Part shown: positions 45,487 through 54,542 of the stretch, piece after piece
How positions within the stretch are numbered: position 1 is the stretch's first letter
How the letters are laid out: each line of letters begins with the position of its first letter
Origin: a virus
Taxonomy: Duplodnaviria; Caudoviricetes
DNA: 59,478 nucleotides
IMG/VR virus record: IMGVR_UViG_3300045935_000034
Location: 1 to 59,478 of that record
Strand: one strand, 5' to 3'
Notes under the pieces: model-generated
What the model saw: the letters and a program-made list of their open reading frames with translations, nothing else
Databases searched by the model: none
What the model was told of the DNA's origin: nothing
Program-made: the position numbers and the translations under genes

Positions 45487-45769
45487 CCAGCCCGAGTATC
45501 ACGACGACGACCGCGCACCTGAAGTCGCCGAAGGCGATATCCGGTGCGGCCTGCCCAGCAAAGCCGAGCTTGCCGAAGGACTCCGTCAGATCCGCGCGGC
45601 AGCTAATTTCCACGAGTTGCAAGGCAACGTGCGGCGGGCCGAGACGCTCCGGCGGCTTGCGACGTGGGCGCAGCGGCTCGACGAGGACCCCGACTACCCG
45701 GGCGAGGGCGCGCCGCCGGACGACGTGCCTGACGCCCCAGTCGTCCCTTTCGCGCCGGGGGTGGGGTAG
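45464..45769 (+). CDS. Hypothetical acidic protein
   Basis: ORF in the operon. Confidence 0.55.
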   Translation: MSRDIEPDQPEYHDDDRAPEVAEGDIRCGLPSKAELAEGLRQIRAAANFHELQGNVRRAETLRRLATWAQRLDEDPDYPGEGAPPDDVPDAPVVPFAPGVG

Positions 45770-45772
45770 GTC

Positions 45773-46213
45773 GTGGGCGAGGTAACGGACAGAGATGCGA
45801 GCGACGAGCAGGACGAGCCGCATCGGATCTTCAGCGCTGTAGCGCTCGGCAGCCCGGACGTGAGGCCGAGGCGAGGACAGCGTGAGCGTCTCTTGTCGGG
45901 CGCGGACTATGTCGACTCGCTCGCGGTCACCTACCGTGACGACCATGCGTCTGCTGCGCTGTGGCGGGAGCTTGCGGGTCACCTGCGGCGTGAGGCGAAC
46001 ACGCCGCTGTGGGTGCGGCGGGCGCGTTACTGGGCACGGAGGCTTCGGTTCTCGCTCACGTTCTGGGTGCTGCTGATCGGGATGTGGCTGTGGTGGGTGT
46101 TCGACCCGTCGCACGCGCCGAACTGGGTCGTGCAGGTCATATGGACTGCCGGAGTGTTCGCCCTGGGATTCGCGCGGACAGGACTGCTGCGGCGCTGGGC
46201 GAGACGGGGCTAG
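45773..46213 (+). CDS. Membrane protein (2 TM)
   Basis: C-terminal hydrophobic helices. Confidence 0.65.
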   Translation: MGEVTDRDASDEQDEPHRIFSAVALGSPDVRPRRGQRERLLSGADYVDSLAVTYRDDHASAALWRELAGHLRREANTPLWVRRARYWARRLRFSLTFWVLLIGMWLWWVFDPSHAPNWVVQVIWTAGVFALGFARTGLLRRWARRG

Positions 46214-46383
46214 CAGTACCGAGGGTCTTCGCGGGTCGCTGCGATGCGGTCGAACGCGTCGCGGTCTACCGCGGAGACGTCCTCGCCGTAGCTCATGCGC
46301 GGGGAGCCGTCCTCGTCGAGCACGTAGGCGCCGTCCACATCGGAGCGAGCGTCATCGGGCGGGTCTGGCTGCTGGCTGCCCAT
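46210..46383 (-). CDS. Small acidic protein downstream of the repressor
   Basis: 57-aa ORF (MGSQQPDPP...) filling the gap; no clear RBS. Confidence 0.35.
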   Translation of the reverse strand: MGSQQPDPPDDARSDVDGAYVLDEDGSPRMSYGEDVSAVDRDAFDRIAATREDPRYC

Positions 46384-46450
46384 AAGAGCGAAGCTACCCC
46401 GCGTGCCGCGCTATCGCACGCCGAGAATGATCTTGCTGCCCGCTGCCCGG

Positions 46451-46804
46451 CTAGCGTGTCGCTGGGGGCTCGTTCACTCCACGCACGCGCTCGACTCTGC
46501 GGGGGCTCGTCGCCGTGCGCGTGAACCTCGTGGGAGCCCCTGGCGCGACAGGCTCATGAATCGTGATACCGAAGCTCTCTGCGACGGCGGCAACGATCAC
46601 GCTCGGCGGGACGTCGAGCGCAGCAGCGAGCGCGAACAAAGTCTCTGGGAACGGGAACGCTCGCATCGGCTTGTGCACGAGCTTGCTGAGCGCCGCTTTG
46701 GTGAGGAACACGTACCCGGCGTCGTGTGCGCGCTTGAGCAAGTCCGGGTAGCTCAACCCCTGCTCATGCTGCGCTTTCAATATCAGGCCGCTCAGATCGG
46801 TCAC
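46451..46804 (-). CDS. Probable immunity repressor (HTH)
   Basis: HTH-like; divergent from the Cro-like gene; GGAGGG RBS. Confidence 0.72.
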   Translation of the reverse strand: MTDLSGLILKAQHEQGLSYPDLLKRAHDAGYVFLTKAALSKLVHKPMRAFPFPETLFALAAALDVPPSVIVAAVAESFGITIHEPVAPGAPTRFTRTATSPRRVERVRGVNEPPATR

Positions 46805-46907
46805 GCTGTGCCCCTCCGGTGTTTTTCACTGGGGCAATGTAACCACAGCTCACGCTGGGCCGCTGCGCCCGCCACGTCACCACTTCGGTGCAAGTGTTAC
46901 CTGAGCG

Positions 46908-46937
46908 TTGACGCGGCAGTGCGATCGGGCCTAGCGT
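46908..46937 (+). promoter_or_regulatory. Rightward early promoter
   Basis: TTGACG-18 nt-TAGCGT. Confidence 0.65.
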
Positions 46938-47027
46938 TCCGTCTCACAAGCAGGTCAGTTGCGCAGCCAAGGAGACGCTTCACATCTTCCGGGATGCTGC
47001 GCCGCAACGCTTTACGGAGGGCCACTC

Positions 47028-47285
47028 GTGGCTGTCTCAGTGCGTGTCCGCAGTGTTCCGAGGTTGGCCGAATGTGTTGCCCGCAACGGCTTTCAGGCCG
47101 ATGTGGCACGACGAGCGAGTATCTCGCGGTCTCGTCTCAATCAACTCTTGCGGGGCACCCGCGACACGGTGAGCCTGGAGCTTGCTGCCCGCCTGGAAGA
47201 CACTCTCGGCGAGTCGAGAGGCAACCTCTTCAGGTTCTCTGACGAGGCACTCGCAGCGCCGTACATTCAGAAGCTCACAGCATGA
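47028..47285 (+). CDS. Cro-like HTH protein
   Basis: QADVARRASISRSRLNQLLRG..LAARLE..L; GGAGG RBS. Confidence 0.85.
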   Translation: MAVSVRVRSVPRLAECVARNGFQADVARRASISRSRLNQLLRGTRDTVSLELAARLEDTLGESRGNLFRFSDEALAAPYIQKLTA

Positions 47286-47434
47286 CTGCCACTCAGGAAA
47301 CGCACGAGCGCGCAGACATCGTTGAGACGCAACACGTCACGGACATGCTGCCCGCTCTGCTCAAGTTGAGCCAAGAGCAGCTCGACGCAGTCGCGCTCGC
47401 TCTCTGGCCTGTCTCGCCGTTCGATCCAAAGTAG
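47282..47434 (+). CDS. Small hypothetical protein
   Basis: ATGA-coupled to cro. Confidence 0.55.
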   Translation: MTATQETHERADIVETQHVTDMLPALLKLSQEQLDAVALALWPVSPFDPK

Positions 47435-47520
47435 ACGAACGGGCACCCTCACTGCGCATATATCGCGCACCTGACTCGACCCCGATTGCCGTGCTCGCCT
47501 GGTGAAGGGATCCCCTTGTC

Positions 47521-47772
47521 ATGGGAGATCGTCCTACGCACGCCCAGATCATCCGCCCCCGTGTCGTCGAGTTCCCCCTGTGGGTGGCGTGGCGCACCGG
47601 GTACGGACTGCTGCGGGCGCGCACCGAAATGCTGGTCTTTGCCGCGCTGTGGTTGAACTTTTTCGATAGCCGACCCGTGCCGGCCAACCGTGAGCTGATC
47701 GCACTGCGGCTCGGTCTCACCCTGCTGACTGTGGTGTTCGTTGTGACCGCGCTCGGCCTGCTGCTCTCCTGA
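47521..47772 (+). CDS. Membrane protein
   Basis: C-terminal TM helix; AAGGGA RBS. Confidence 0.6.
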   Translation: MGDRPTHAQIIRPRVVEFPLWVAWRTGYGLLRARTEMLVFAALWLNFFDSRPVPANRELIALRLGLTLLTVVFVVTALGLLLS

Positions 47773-47814
47773 TCGACTCGCTTTTCCTTTGCGCTACAGG
47801 GAAAGGATCATGTC

Positions 47815-47934
47815 ATGACGACAACCGAAACGCTCGAACTCGACGAGGTGGCAACCTCGCGCGACGTCGACACCCCTCTCTGGGACGACTTGCTCAGTCG
47901 CTATGACGCCGACGACGTCGAGCGTCAGCTATGA
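47815..47934 (+). CDS. Small acidic protein
   Basis: GAAAGGA RBS; ATGA-coupled to the next gene. Confidence 0.5.
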   Translation: MTTTETLELDEVATSRDVDTPLWDDLLSRYDADDVERQL

Positions 47935-48182
47935 CCGCGCCTGAGGGGGAACCGTTTAGCCGCACCAACCTCCCCGGCGGGGTGTGGCGGGCTTACCGCA
48001 AGACCACGGCCACTGCGATGACGCGGATCGAGGGCCTGTTCTGGGTCGAGACCCGCGAAGGAACGTTGTCCTGCCCTGACGGCTACCTCGCGTTGGGCGG
48101 CGATGGCTGGCCGTACCCCATCGCGGCGGACTACCACGACGCGAACTATCTGCCCACGGAGTACCCGAAGCTCTCTGTCTGA
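47931..48182 (+). CDS. Phage hypothetical protein
   Basis: YRK..VETREG..DGYL..G.PYP...Y. Confidence 0.7.
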   Translation: MTAPEGEPFSRTNLPGGVWRAYRKTTATAMTRIEGLFWVETREGTLSCPDGYLALGGDGWPYPIAADYHDANYLPTEYPKLSV

Positions 48183-48259
48183 TCACAGCCTCGTCTGACC
48201 CGGTCCCCATCGGTGCACGTCTTCTCCTTACGCAGAGCCAGAACCTACCGGAGGTACTC

Positions 48260-48652
48260 GTGTCTACCGACCCGCCGACGACGCTCTATCACTACACCTG
48301 CAATCACGGCCTGCCCGGCATCGCGGCTGACCAGCTCGTGTTGCCGAACATCCACCCCTGGCTCGGCTACGGTCTCGCCTGGCTCACCGATCTGGACGTT
48401 CCCGACCGGCTGGGCCTGGGCTTGACCTCAGTGACGTTGTGCTGCGACCGCACAGCGCATCGGGTCGAAGTCGACAGCACAGCCGATGTCATGCACTGGC
48501 CGAAGTGGGCGCATGAGCAGCGCGTGCCGTGGCTGACCCGGCTGACCCTCGAAGGCGCAGGGTCAGCGCTGCCTATGCATTGGTGGGTCAGCACAACGCC
48601 GGTTCCGGTGCGCGCCATCGTGACCCGGATTGCCGACACGGTGACAGCGTGA
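48260..48652 (+). CDS. Hypothetical protein, possible ADP-ribosyltransferase-like fold
   Basis: LYHYT....I....L.P..AWLT..WWVS; GGAGG RBS. Confidence 0.55.
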   Translation: MSTDPPTTLYHYTCNHGLPGIAADQLVLPNIHPWLGYGLAWLTDLDVPDRLGLGLTSVTLCCDRTAHRVEVDSTADVMHWPKWAHEQRVPWLTRLTLEGAGSALPMHWWVSTTPVPVRAIVTRIADTVTA

Positions 48653-48903
48653 AAGCCACCCCGCTCGACGCACTCGCCGCCGACGTGCGGAAGTGGCAAC
48701 GACTGAAGTCGGACATCGGCAAACTGCGCGCCACTGCAGCGGACCTTGAAGCGAAGTTGATTGCCGCACTCGGTGACGCCGAGGTCGGCACTGTGCGCGG
48801 CAAAGAGGAAGTCCGCTGCATTGTCAAGGAGGGCCCGCACATGCGGCGGCGTCTCGTGATCGTGCCGCGTGGTTCGGCATGGGAAGAGGGACGGCGCGCG
48901 TGA
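48649..48903 (+). CDS. Hypothetical coiled-coil protein
   Basis: ALGDAEVG.V.G; coupled. Confidence 0.6.
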   Translation: MKATPLDALAADVRKWQRLKSDIGKLRATAADLEAKLIAALGDAEVGTVRGKEEVRCIVKEGPHMRRRLVIVPRGSAWEEGRRA

Positions 48904-49169
48904 TTGCCTCAGATATGGAAGCGCTCGCGCGTATTGCCGAGGCGCACGTGAAATGGGTCCAGCACGACGGTTCGACGAGCGGGGACTGTGCCGAGTGCAT
49001 CCGGCTGTGGCCGTGCCCGACCTACGTGTGGGCGACAGACGACCGCGACTCGATGGCGTGCTGGGACCCCATCGACGACGAGGACGACGAGGACGACGAG
49101 GACGCACCGCTGTGCGACTGCCCGCCTGATGATCGGCGCCTGCACTCGACGCACGGTGATCGAGAGTGA
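48900..49169 (+). CDS. Hypothetical protein (H..C.EC..WPCPT)
   Basis: Actinophage-type motif; coupled. Confidence 0.65.
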   Translation: MIASDMEALARIAEAHVKWVQHDGSTSGDCAECIRLWPCPTYVWATDDRDSMACWDPIDDEDDEDDEDAPLCDCPPDDRRLHSTHGDRE

Positions 49170-49852
49170 CTCGGCCACGCCTGCTCGACCTGTACTGCGG
49201 CGTGGGCGGCGCGGGCGTCGGCTACTGGCTCGCCGGGTTCGACGTCGTCGGAGTCGATCACAACCCACAACCGCGCAACCCCTTGCCGTTCGAGTGCGCC
49301 GACGCGCTGGAGTACGTGCTCGACCACGGCGCGGAGTTCGACGCCATTCACGCCAGCCCGCCGTGTCAGTCGCACTGCGCGGTGACCAAGGGCAACCGTG
49401 CACGTGGCTGGCTCGACGAGCACGCCGGGTATCTGGGCGCGACACGAGCCGCGCTCGACGGGCTCGACGTGCCCTACGTCCTGGAGAACGTGCCCGGCGC
49501 GCCGATGCGGCGTGACCTGGTGCTGTGCGGGGAGATGTTCGGGCTCAACGTGATCCGGCATCGCTGGTTCGAGCTGGGCGGCTGGACAGCGAGCGCACCG
49601 GAGCACCTGGCGCACCGCGGTCGAGTCGCGGGCTTCCGCCACGGTGATTGGTTCCTGGGCAACTACTTCGCCATCTACGGCATGGGCGGCGGCAAGGGCA
49701 CCGTGGCGCAGTGGCAGGGCGCGATGGGCATCACCTGGACCAGGGACCGGCGTGAAATCGCAGAGGCGCTGCCCCCGGCCTACACCCAGCATCTCGGCAC
49801 GCAGCTCGCCGCGCACGTCACGACGAGCGGCAGGGGTCTCGTATGTCGATGA
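49166..49852 (+). CDS. Compact DNA cytosine-C5 methyltransferase
   Basis: LDLYCGVGG (motif I), ASPPCQ (IV), LENV (VI), RHRWFE. Confidence 0.9.
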   Translation: MTRPRLLDLYCGVGGAGVGYWLAGFDVVGVDHNPQPRNPLPFECADALEYVLDHGAEFDAIHASPPCQSHCAVTKGNRARGWLDEHAGYLGATRAALDGLDVPYVLENVPGAPMRRDLVLCGEMFGLNVIRHRWFELGGWTASAPEHLAHRGRVAGFRHGDWFLGNYFAIYGMGGGKGTVAQWQGAMGITWTRDRREIAEALPPAYTQHLGTQLAAHVTTSGRGLVCR

Positions 49853-50121
49853 TCATTCACCGCTGCACCTGCGGGCACCCAGACCTCTTCCACCTCAACG
49901 CGCGCACCCCGAATTCCGAATGCAGCTACTCGTGGTGCCCGTCGCGGTTGCACGCGTTCGACAGTGCGCCCGAAGTCATCCGCACGTGGACGTGGGACGG
50001 CGAGCTAGTCAGAGAGATCACCATCCCCGGTCAGCAGGTGCATCCCTATCAGCGGACGTGCGCATGTGACGAGTGCCTCGCGCTGTATGCGCTTCTGACC
50101 ACTACTTCCGTTACCCAGTAA
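49843..50121 (+). CDS. Cys/His-rich hypothetical protein
   Basis: CTCGH, C.CDEC. Confidence 0.6.
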   Translation: MSMIIHRCTCGHPDLFHLNARTPNSECSYSWCPSRLHAFDSAPEVIRTWTWDGELVREITIPGQQVHPYQRTCACDECLALYALLTTTSVTQ

Positions 50122-50181
50122 GGAATTCCCCATGCGAAAATTTCCCCCGCAGGCTGTGCCGGCCATCGGTCCCGGTGTCGG

Positions 50182-51216
50182 GTGAGTGCCCCGGTGCTCG
50201 ACGTCGACTCGTTCGACCCGCCACAGACAGACGTCCCGCGCGACAAGTGGAAACGGCCGCTGATCACGCCCGTGGGCGGCGGCAAGCCGGTCGCCTACAC
50301 GCGGTGCACGACCTATGTCGGCTGCCTCGAAGACATGTACAACATCAGCCTATGGCAGCAACGCATGGTCGCTCTCGGCCTCGCTGCGCGCCCTGACCTC
50401 CTGCTCTCCGTCGCGGTCGCCGACCGTGAGGACAAGAAGGCGCTCGACGCACTCGCCGACGCGGCAGCCGAGGCAGCGGGCGCACACGCGGCGGCGACGA
50501 CCGGGACGGCGTTGCACCGTCTCACCGAACGCTATGACCGGGGCGAGCTGGGGGAGTCGGACGTCTCGTTCATCCCGCCCGCCTACCGGGGCGACCTCGC
50601 CGCGTACATCGAACGCACGACGGGCATGGACATGCCGGTGATCGAACAATTCTCGGTGTGCGACGACCTCAGGGTAGGTGGCACCCCGGACCGGATTGTG
50701 GTGATCGACGGGCGCGGCTACATCGCAGACCTGAAGACGGGCTCGCTCGACTGGGGCGCGGCGAAGATGGCCATGCAGCTCGCGGTCTACGCGCACAGCA
50801 AGCCGTATGATCACCGCACAGGCGAGCGTGCCGAGTGGCCGGTGCAGGTCGACACCGAGCGCGGCATCATCATCCATCTCCCGGCGGGCACCGGACTGTG
50901 CTCGCTGCTCTGGCTCGATATCGCCACCGGCTGGGAGGGCGTCTCGCTCGCCGGGGATGTCCGGGCGTGGCGCAAGCGCAGGAACTTCCTCGATAAGTGG
51001 CCCGCCCCAACAGGTCCCGGGGAATCGGTCCCCTTGCCGGCCACAGCGCCGACCGATCTCGGCTCGCTCACGACGGCGCTTGCCGCGCTGCGGGCCACAT
51101 CCACGCTCGTCGAGCTGCGCGGGGTCTATGACCTGCTGATCGTCGCCGGGTACAAGAAAGACGACCTGCTCGCGACCTGCATTGCACGCAAGAGCGAGCT
51201 GGGTGCGTCGCTGTGA
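50182..51216 (+). CDS. PD-(D/E)XK exonuclease (RecE/Cas4-like)
   Basis: GTALH..E, GGTPDR, ADLKTG, QLAVYA. Confidence 0.9.
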   Translation: MSAPVLDVDSFDPPQTDVPRDKWKRPLITPVGGGKPVAYTRCTTYVGCLEDMYNISLWQQRMVALGLAARPDLLLSVAVADREDKKALDALADAAAEAAGAHAAATTGTALHRLTERYDRGELGESDVSFIPPAYRGDLAAYIERTTGMDMPVIEQFSVCDDLRVGGTPDRIVVIDGRGYIADLKTGSLDWGAAKMAMQLAVYAHSKPYDHRTGERAEWPVQVDTERGIIIHLPAGTGLCSLLWLDIATGWEGVSLAGDVRAWRKRRNFLDKWPAPTGPGESVPLPATAPTDLGSLTTALAALRATSTLVELRGVYDLLIVAGYKKDDLLATCIARKSELGASL

Positions 51217-51890
51217 GCGCGCGAGGCAACGGGCGTCGCTGGGCAGCGGTGGCGGCCATCGCGGCGGGCAGCGTCACGCTGAGCGTCGCGCTGACCGGGT
51301 GCGGGTCGACAGCGTGCAGAGCGCCCAGCGCAGCACTGTCGACGAGCCTGCGCTCACTCGTCGTGGCACCGGAGGACAGCAGCGCGCCGTATGACCGGGC
51401 GAGCTGGGGCACCTGGACGACGGTCGCAGGGTGCGACACCCGCGAGCGGGTCCTCAAGCGCGACGGCGGGCACGTCGAGACCGGGCCCGGCTGCACGATC
51501 GTCGCGGGGACATGGCTGTCGCCATACGACGGGGCGCTGATCACCGTCCCGGCCGCGCTCGACATCGACCACGTGGTGCCACTCTCGCAGGCCGAACGGT
51601 CCGGGGCTCGCGACTGGACCCGCGCGCGGCGCGTCGCGTTCGCCAACGACACGGCCAACCTCTTCGCAGTGTCCGCGCACAGCAACCGCTCGAAAGGCGA
51701 CCGCGACCCCGCGACATGGCTCCCGATCACCGCGGAGTGCTGCGTCTACGTCTCGGCCTACATCGCGGTCAAAGCCGCCTACGGGCTCAGCGTCGACCAG
51801 GGCGAACACGACGCGCTCGCCCGCGTCGTCTCGACGTGCGCGACCCCGGTCAGCGGCGTCCGCCGCGTCGCCTGGACTGGTGCGCGGTGA
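51213..51890 (+). CDS. Lipoprotein HNH nuclease (DUF1524-like)
   Basis: Signal peptide with LTGC lipobox; CDTRE.VL.RD, DIDHVVPL, NRSKGD.DP..WLP. Confidence 0.88.
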   Translation: MSARGNGRRWAAVAAIAAGSVTLSVALTGCGSTACRAPSAALSTSLRSLVVAPEDSSAPYDRASWGTWTTVAGCDTRERVLKRDGGHVETGPGCTIVAGTWLSPYDGALITVPAALDIDHVVPLSQAERSGARDWTRARRVAFANDTANLFAVSAHSNRSKGDRDPATWLPITAECCVYVSAYIAVKAAYGLSVDQGEHDALARVVSTCATPVSGVRRVAWTGAR

Positions 51891-52153
51891 TGCACCACGG
51901 CGTGCCGGACACCCTGATCTCTCAATGCCGCATGGGATTCGCGGTCTATCTGCTCGGCCTGCGCGTGGTGCTGATCGACATTCTCGCCGCGCACTCAGTG
52001 CTGACGTGGCTGCTCGTGCCGGTCGACATTGCTCTGATCGTGCTGCTGACCACCTGGCGCACAGCGCACCGCGAGCAGATCGAGCCCAGCCAGCCAGCCG
52101 AGACCTTACCAGCCACAAGCCCATCACCGTCTACAAAGGAGACAGCAGCATGA
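51890..52153 (+). CDS. Membrane protein
   Basis: Two hydrophobic helices. Confidence 0.6.
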   Translation: MHHGVPDTLISQCRMGFAVYLLGLRVVLIDILAAHSVLTWLLVPVDIALIVLLTTWRTAHREQIEPSQPAETLPATSPSPSTKETAA

Positions 52154-52503
52154 GGCGAAAACCACGCCCGAAGCTACAGCCCGGCGAGAACGATTACGCG
52201 GGCGTGTGCACGCTCGTCCCCGGAGGGAAGGGCCCCGTCTGCGGACAGCCCGCCACAGTGCACCTGCTCGTTGCCGGGCCCGGCGCGACCGGCTGGCTGG
52301 CACTGCCGTCGTGCGCCGAGCATGTCGACATCGGGCGACGCTGCGACGTGCTCGACGAGCACGTACATCAGGGCATGTGCGGGATGCCCTCGACGAAATG
52401 GGACACGCCCAGCAAGTCGTGCGTCCTCAACGGACTCGACAGCGAGCCCGACCGGACCGGGCACAAGCTCGTGGCGCGTGACGGCGAGCTGGTGAGCGCG
52501 TGA
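52150..52503 (+). CDS. Cys/His-rich hypothetical protein
   Basis: AAGGAG RBS. Confidence 0.65.
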   Translation: MRRKPRPKLQPGENDYAGVCTLVPGGKGPVCGQPATVHLLVAGPGATGWLALPSCAEHVDIGRRCDVLDEHVHQGMCGMPSTKWDTPSKSCVLNGLDSEPDRTGHKLVARDGELVSA

Positions 52504-52850
52504 GCCCAGCAGCGCGCAAGAACTCCGGGCGCAGATCAACTGCGCAGCGCAGGCCCACGCTGACCTACCCGTCACGCAAGGCCGCGCCCGTCAAGCGGAA
52601 GCCGTGCCCGGCGAAGTGCGGGGCGTATGTCGACGAGTTCACCGAGGCACACGGGCGCACAGTGTGGCTCGACGCGACCCCGCCGAGCGTGGACATCGAC
52701 CTTATGACCGTCGTCGAGCGGCTATATGAGTACCACGGCCCGAACGTCGGCTGGTGCTCGAAGACGCTCCCCATCCGTGGATGGCGCGAGCTGCGCCTGA
52801 TCCATGTCTGCCGCTTTCCTGCTGTATCAACGAAAAGGGGCAACTCATGA
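52500..52850 (+). CDS. Hypothetical protein
   Basis: CPAKCG..LD..H.C; coupled. Confidence 0.65.
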   Translation: MSPAARKNSGRRSTAQRRPTLTYPSRKAAPVKRKPCPAKCGAYVDEFTEAHGRTVWLDATPPSVDIDLMTVVERLYEYHGPNVGWCSKTLPIRGWRELRLIHVCRFPAVSTKRGNS

Positions 52851-53236
52851 CCGACATGTTCGACAACCCAGGTGAACTGACCGGACTGACGTGGGAGAAC
52901 TACGTGGGGCGGCTGATGTTGCTCACTCCCACGGAGAAGGTCACCGGCATCTCGACGACGGTTGGCACGAAGGACGCCATCCGCGCCGACATTGTCGTGC
53001 TCGACGGGCCGAACTCGCCGGAGCAGTTCCGCGACGCGCTCGTGTTCCCGCTCGTGCTTCAGGGCCAGTTGCGGACCAACGTCGCCACCGGGCGCACCGT
53101 GCTCGGGCGGCTGGGTCAGGGCGACAAAAAACCCGGTCAGAACGCGCCGTGGAAGCTCGCTGACCCGACCGAGGCAGACAAGTCCATCGCGCGCGCCCAT
53201 CTCGGGCGCTCGACGAGCAACGAGGCCCCGTTCTGA
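52847..53236 (+). CDS. Probable single-stranded DNA-binding protein (actinophage type)
   Basis: ADIVVLDG..LGRLGQG..GQNAPWKL; ends EAPF; near the exonuclease. Confidence 0.65.
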   Translation: MTDMFDNPGELTGLTWENYVGRLMLLTPTEKVTGISTTVGTKDAIRADIVVLDGPNSPEQFRDALVFPLVLQGQLRTNVATGRTVLGRLGQGDKKPGQNAPWKLADPTEADKSIARAHLGRSTSNEAPF

Positions 53237-53754
53237 TGGGCTACCCCACATACAAAGACGGCCCCACATACAAGGACGGCAGCCCGTTCGACGGCGGACC
53301 GGTCGCCACCCCCGGCCCGGACGCGGCCCCGGCGTGGTCCGGTCCGGCCCGGCTCTTCATTCTGCGGCGCGACGTCGACACCACCGGCGTGTCGGGAACC
53401 GGTGACGTCGCGGACGGCACCGAGTACCCGAACGGGTCCGTGTCGCTGTGCTGGCGCGGCCCGGCGTCGAGTGTGGCGGTGTGGTCCTGCATGGCCGACA
53501 TGCTGGCCGTACACGGGCACGGCGGCGACACGCGCGCGGTGTTCGGAGACGAGGAAGGCACTATCTGGCGACAGGGTCGAAAGGTCCCGCATCACGTCTA
53601 TGCGCAGAACGGCATCGGGCCGGACGACAGGCCATGGCCGGACGGGGATCGGCCAATCGCCACGTTCCTTAACCCGATCGACGCGCAGACAGCCACGTAC
53701 GCGATGAACACGATGTTGCTGTGGCAACGGCGGACCGGGGCATACAACCGCTAG
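53236..53754 (+). CDS. Phage hypothetical protein
   Basis: LRRDVD.TGVSGTG.VA.G..HGHGG.T. Confidence 0.72.
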   Translation: MGYPTYKDGPTYKDGSPFDGGPVATPGPDAAPAWSGPARLFILRRDVDTTGVSGTGDVADGTEYPNGSVSLCWRGPASSVAVWSCMADMLAVHGHGGDTRAVFGDEEGTIWRQGRKVPHHVYAQNGIGPDDRPWPDGDRPIATFLNPIDAQTATYAMNTMLLWQRRTGAYNR

Positions 53755-53846
53755 CACCACCGGCGAGCCGGTCCCGCGTGGACCGGCTCGCCGAGCTTGA
53801 CGCCTGGACCGTTACGCCTTGACCCGCCAAGCCCCTTGGAGTCGCC

Positions 53847-54542
53847 ATGCGCACCTACACGACTTGTCCCGGCTGTGGTGAGCCGATACTCCACGCGGGG
53901 CGGCGCGGCACCGTGCACGCTGGGTGTGTCGACCCTGCACAGTGGATAGACGATCTGGAGGAGGCGTTTCTTTCCGCGGTGACCGAGGAGCGCGACGAGG
54001 ACGCCGTCGCGCTGGGCCGCGCGCTCGACAACGCCGAGGGCTCCCCGCCGCGCTATCTTGCCGCCGCGCTCGCCTACGCCGCGTGGGGCTGGCCGGTGCA
54101 CCCGCTTTTCCCTGGTAGCAAAGTGCCGGCCACGGGTCACGGGTTCCGTGATGCCACAACGAGTCCCGAGGTCATCACGGCGTGGTGGGCGAAAACACCG
54201 AACGCGAACATCGGCTTGGCGACCGGGCACGCGTTCGACGTGCTCGACATCGACATGTACGTGCCGGGGACCGGACTTCGCTGGGCTGACCTGCGTGAGT
54301 CTGACGCGCTGCCCACCACGCACGGGATCGTGTCGACCGCGAGGGGTGGCCTGCACGTGTACCTGCTGCCCACGCTCGACGTCGGCAATCAGGTCGCCAC
54401 GGTGCCGGGCATCGACTGGCGCGGGCGCGGCGGCTACGTCGTCGCCCCGCCGTCGCGGCTCGACGACACCGCCGTCTGGACGTGGTCGATACGGCCGAGT
54501 CCCTACATCACCACCCAGCAAGGACGGGAACCGACGCCATGA
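53847..54542 (+). CDS. Bifunctional DNA primase/polymerase domain protein
   Basis: ALAYA..GWPV.PL, HGF.DATT, NIGLATG, VLDID, T.RGG.H.Y, GIDWRG.GGYVVAPPS. Confidence 0.93.
   Translation: MRTYTTCPGCGEPILHAGRRGTVHAGCVDPAQWIDDLEEAFLSAVTEERDEDAVALGRALDNAEGSPPRYLAAALAYAAWGWPVHPLFPGSKVPATGHGFRDATTSPEVITAWWAKTPNANIGLATGHAFDVLDIDMYVPGTGLRWADLRESDALPTTHGIVSTARGGLHVYLLPTLDVGNQVATVPGIDWRGRGGYVVAPPSRLDDTAVWTWSIRPSPYITTQQGREPTP

Noticed and set aside
50182-51216. Cas4 of a CRISPR system
   Set aside because: No cas neighbours or Fe-S cysteine cluster; context fits an ordinary phage exonuclease.
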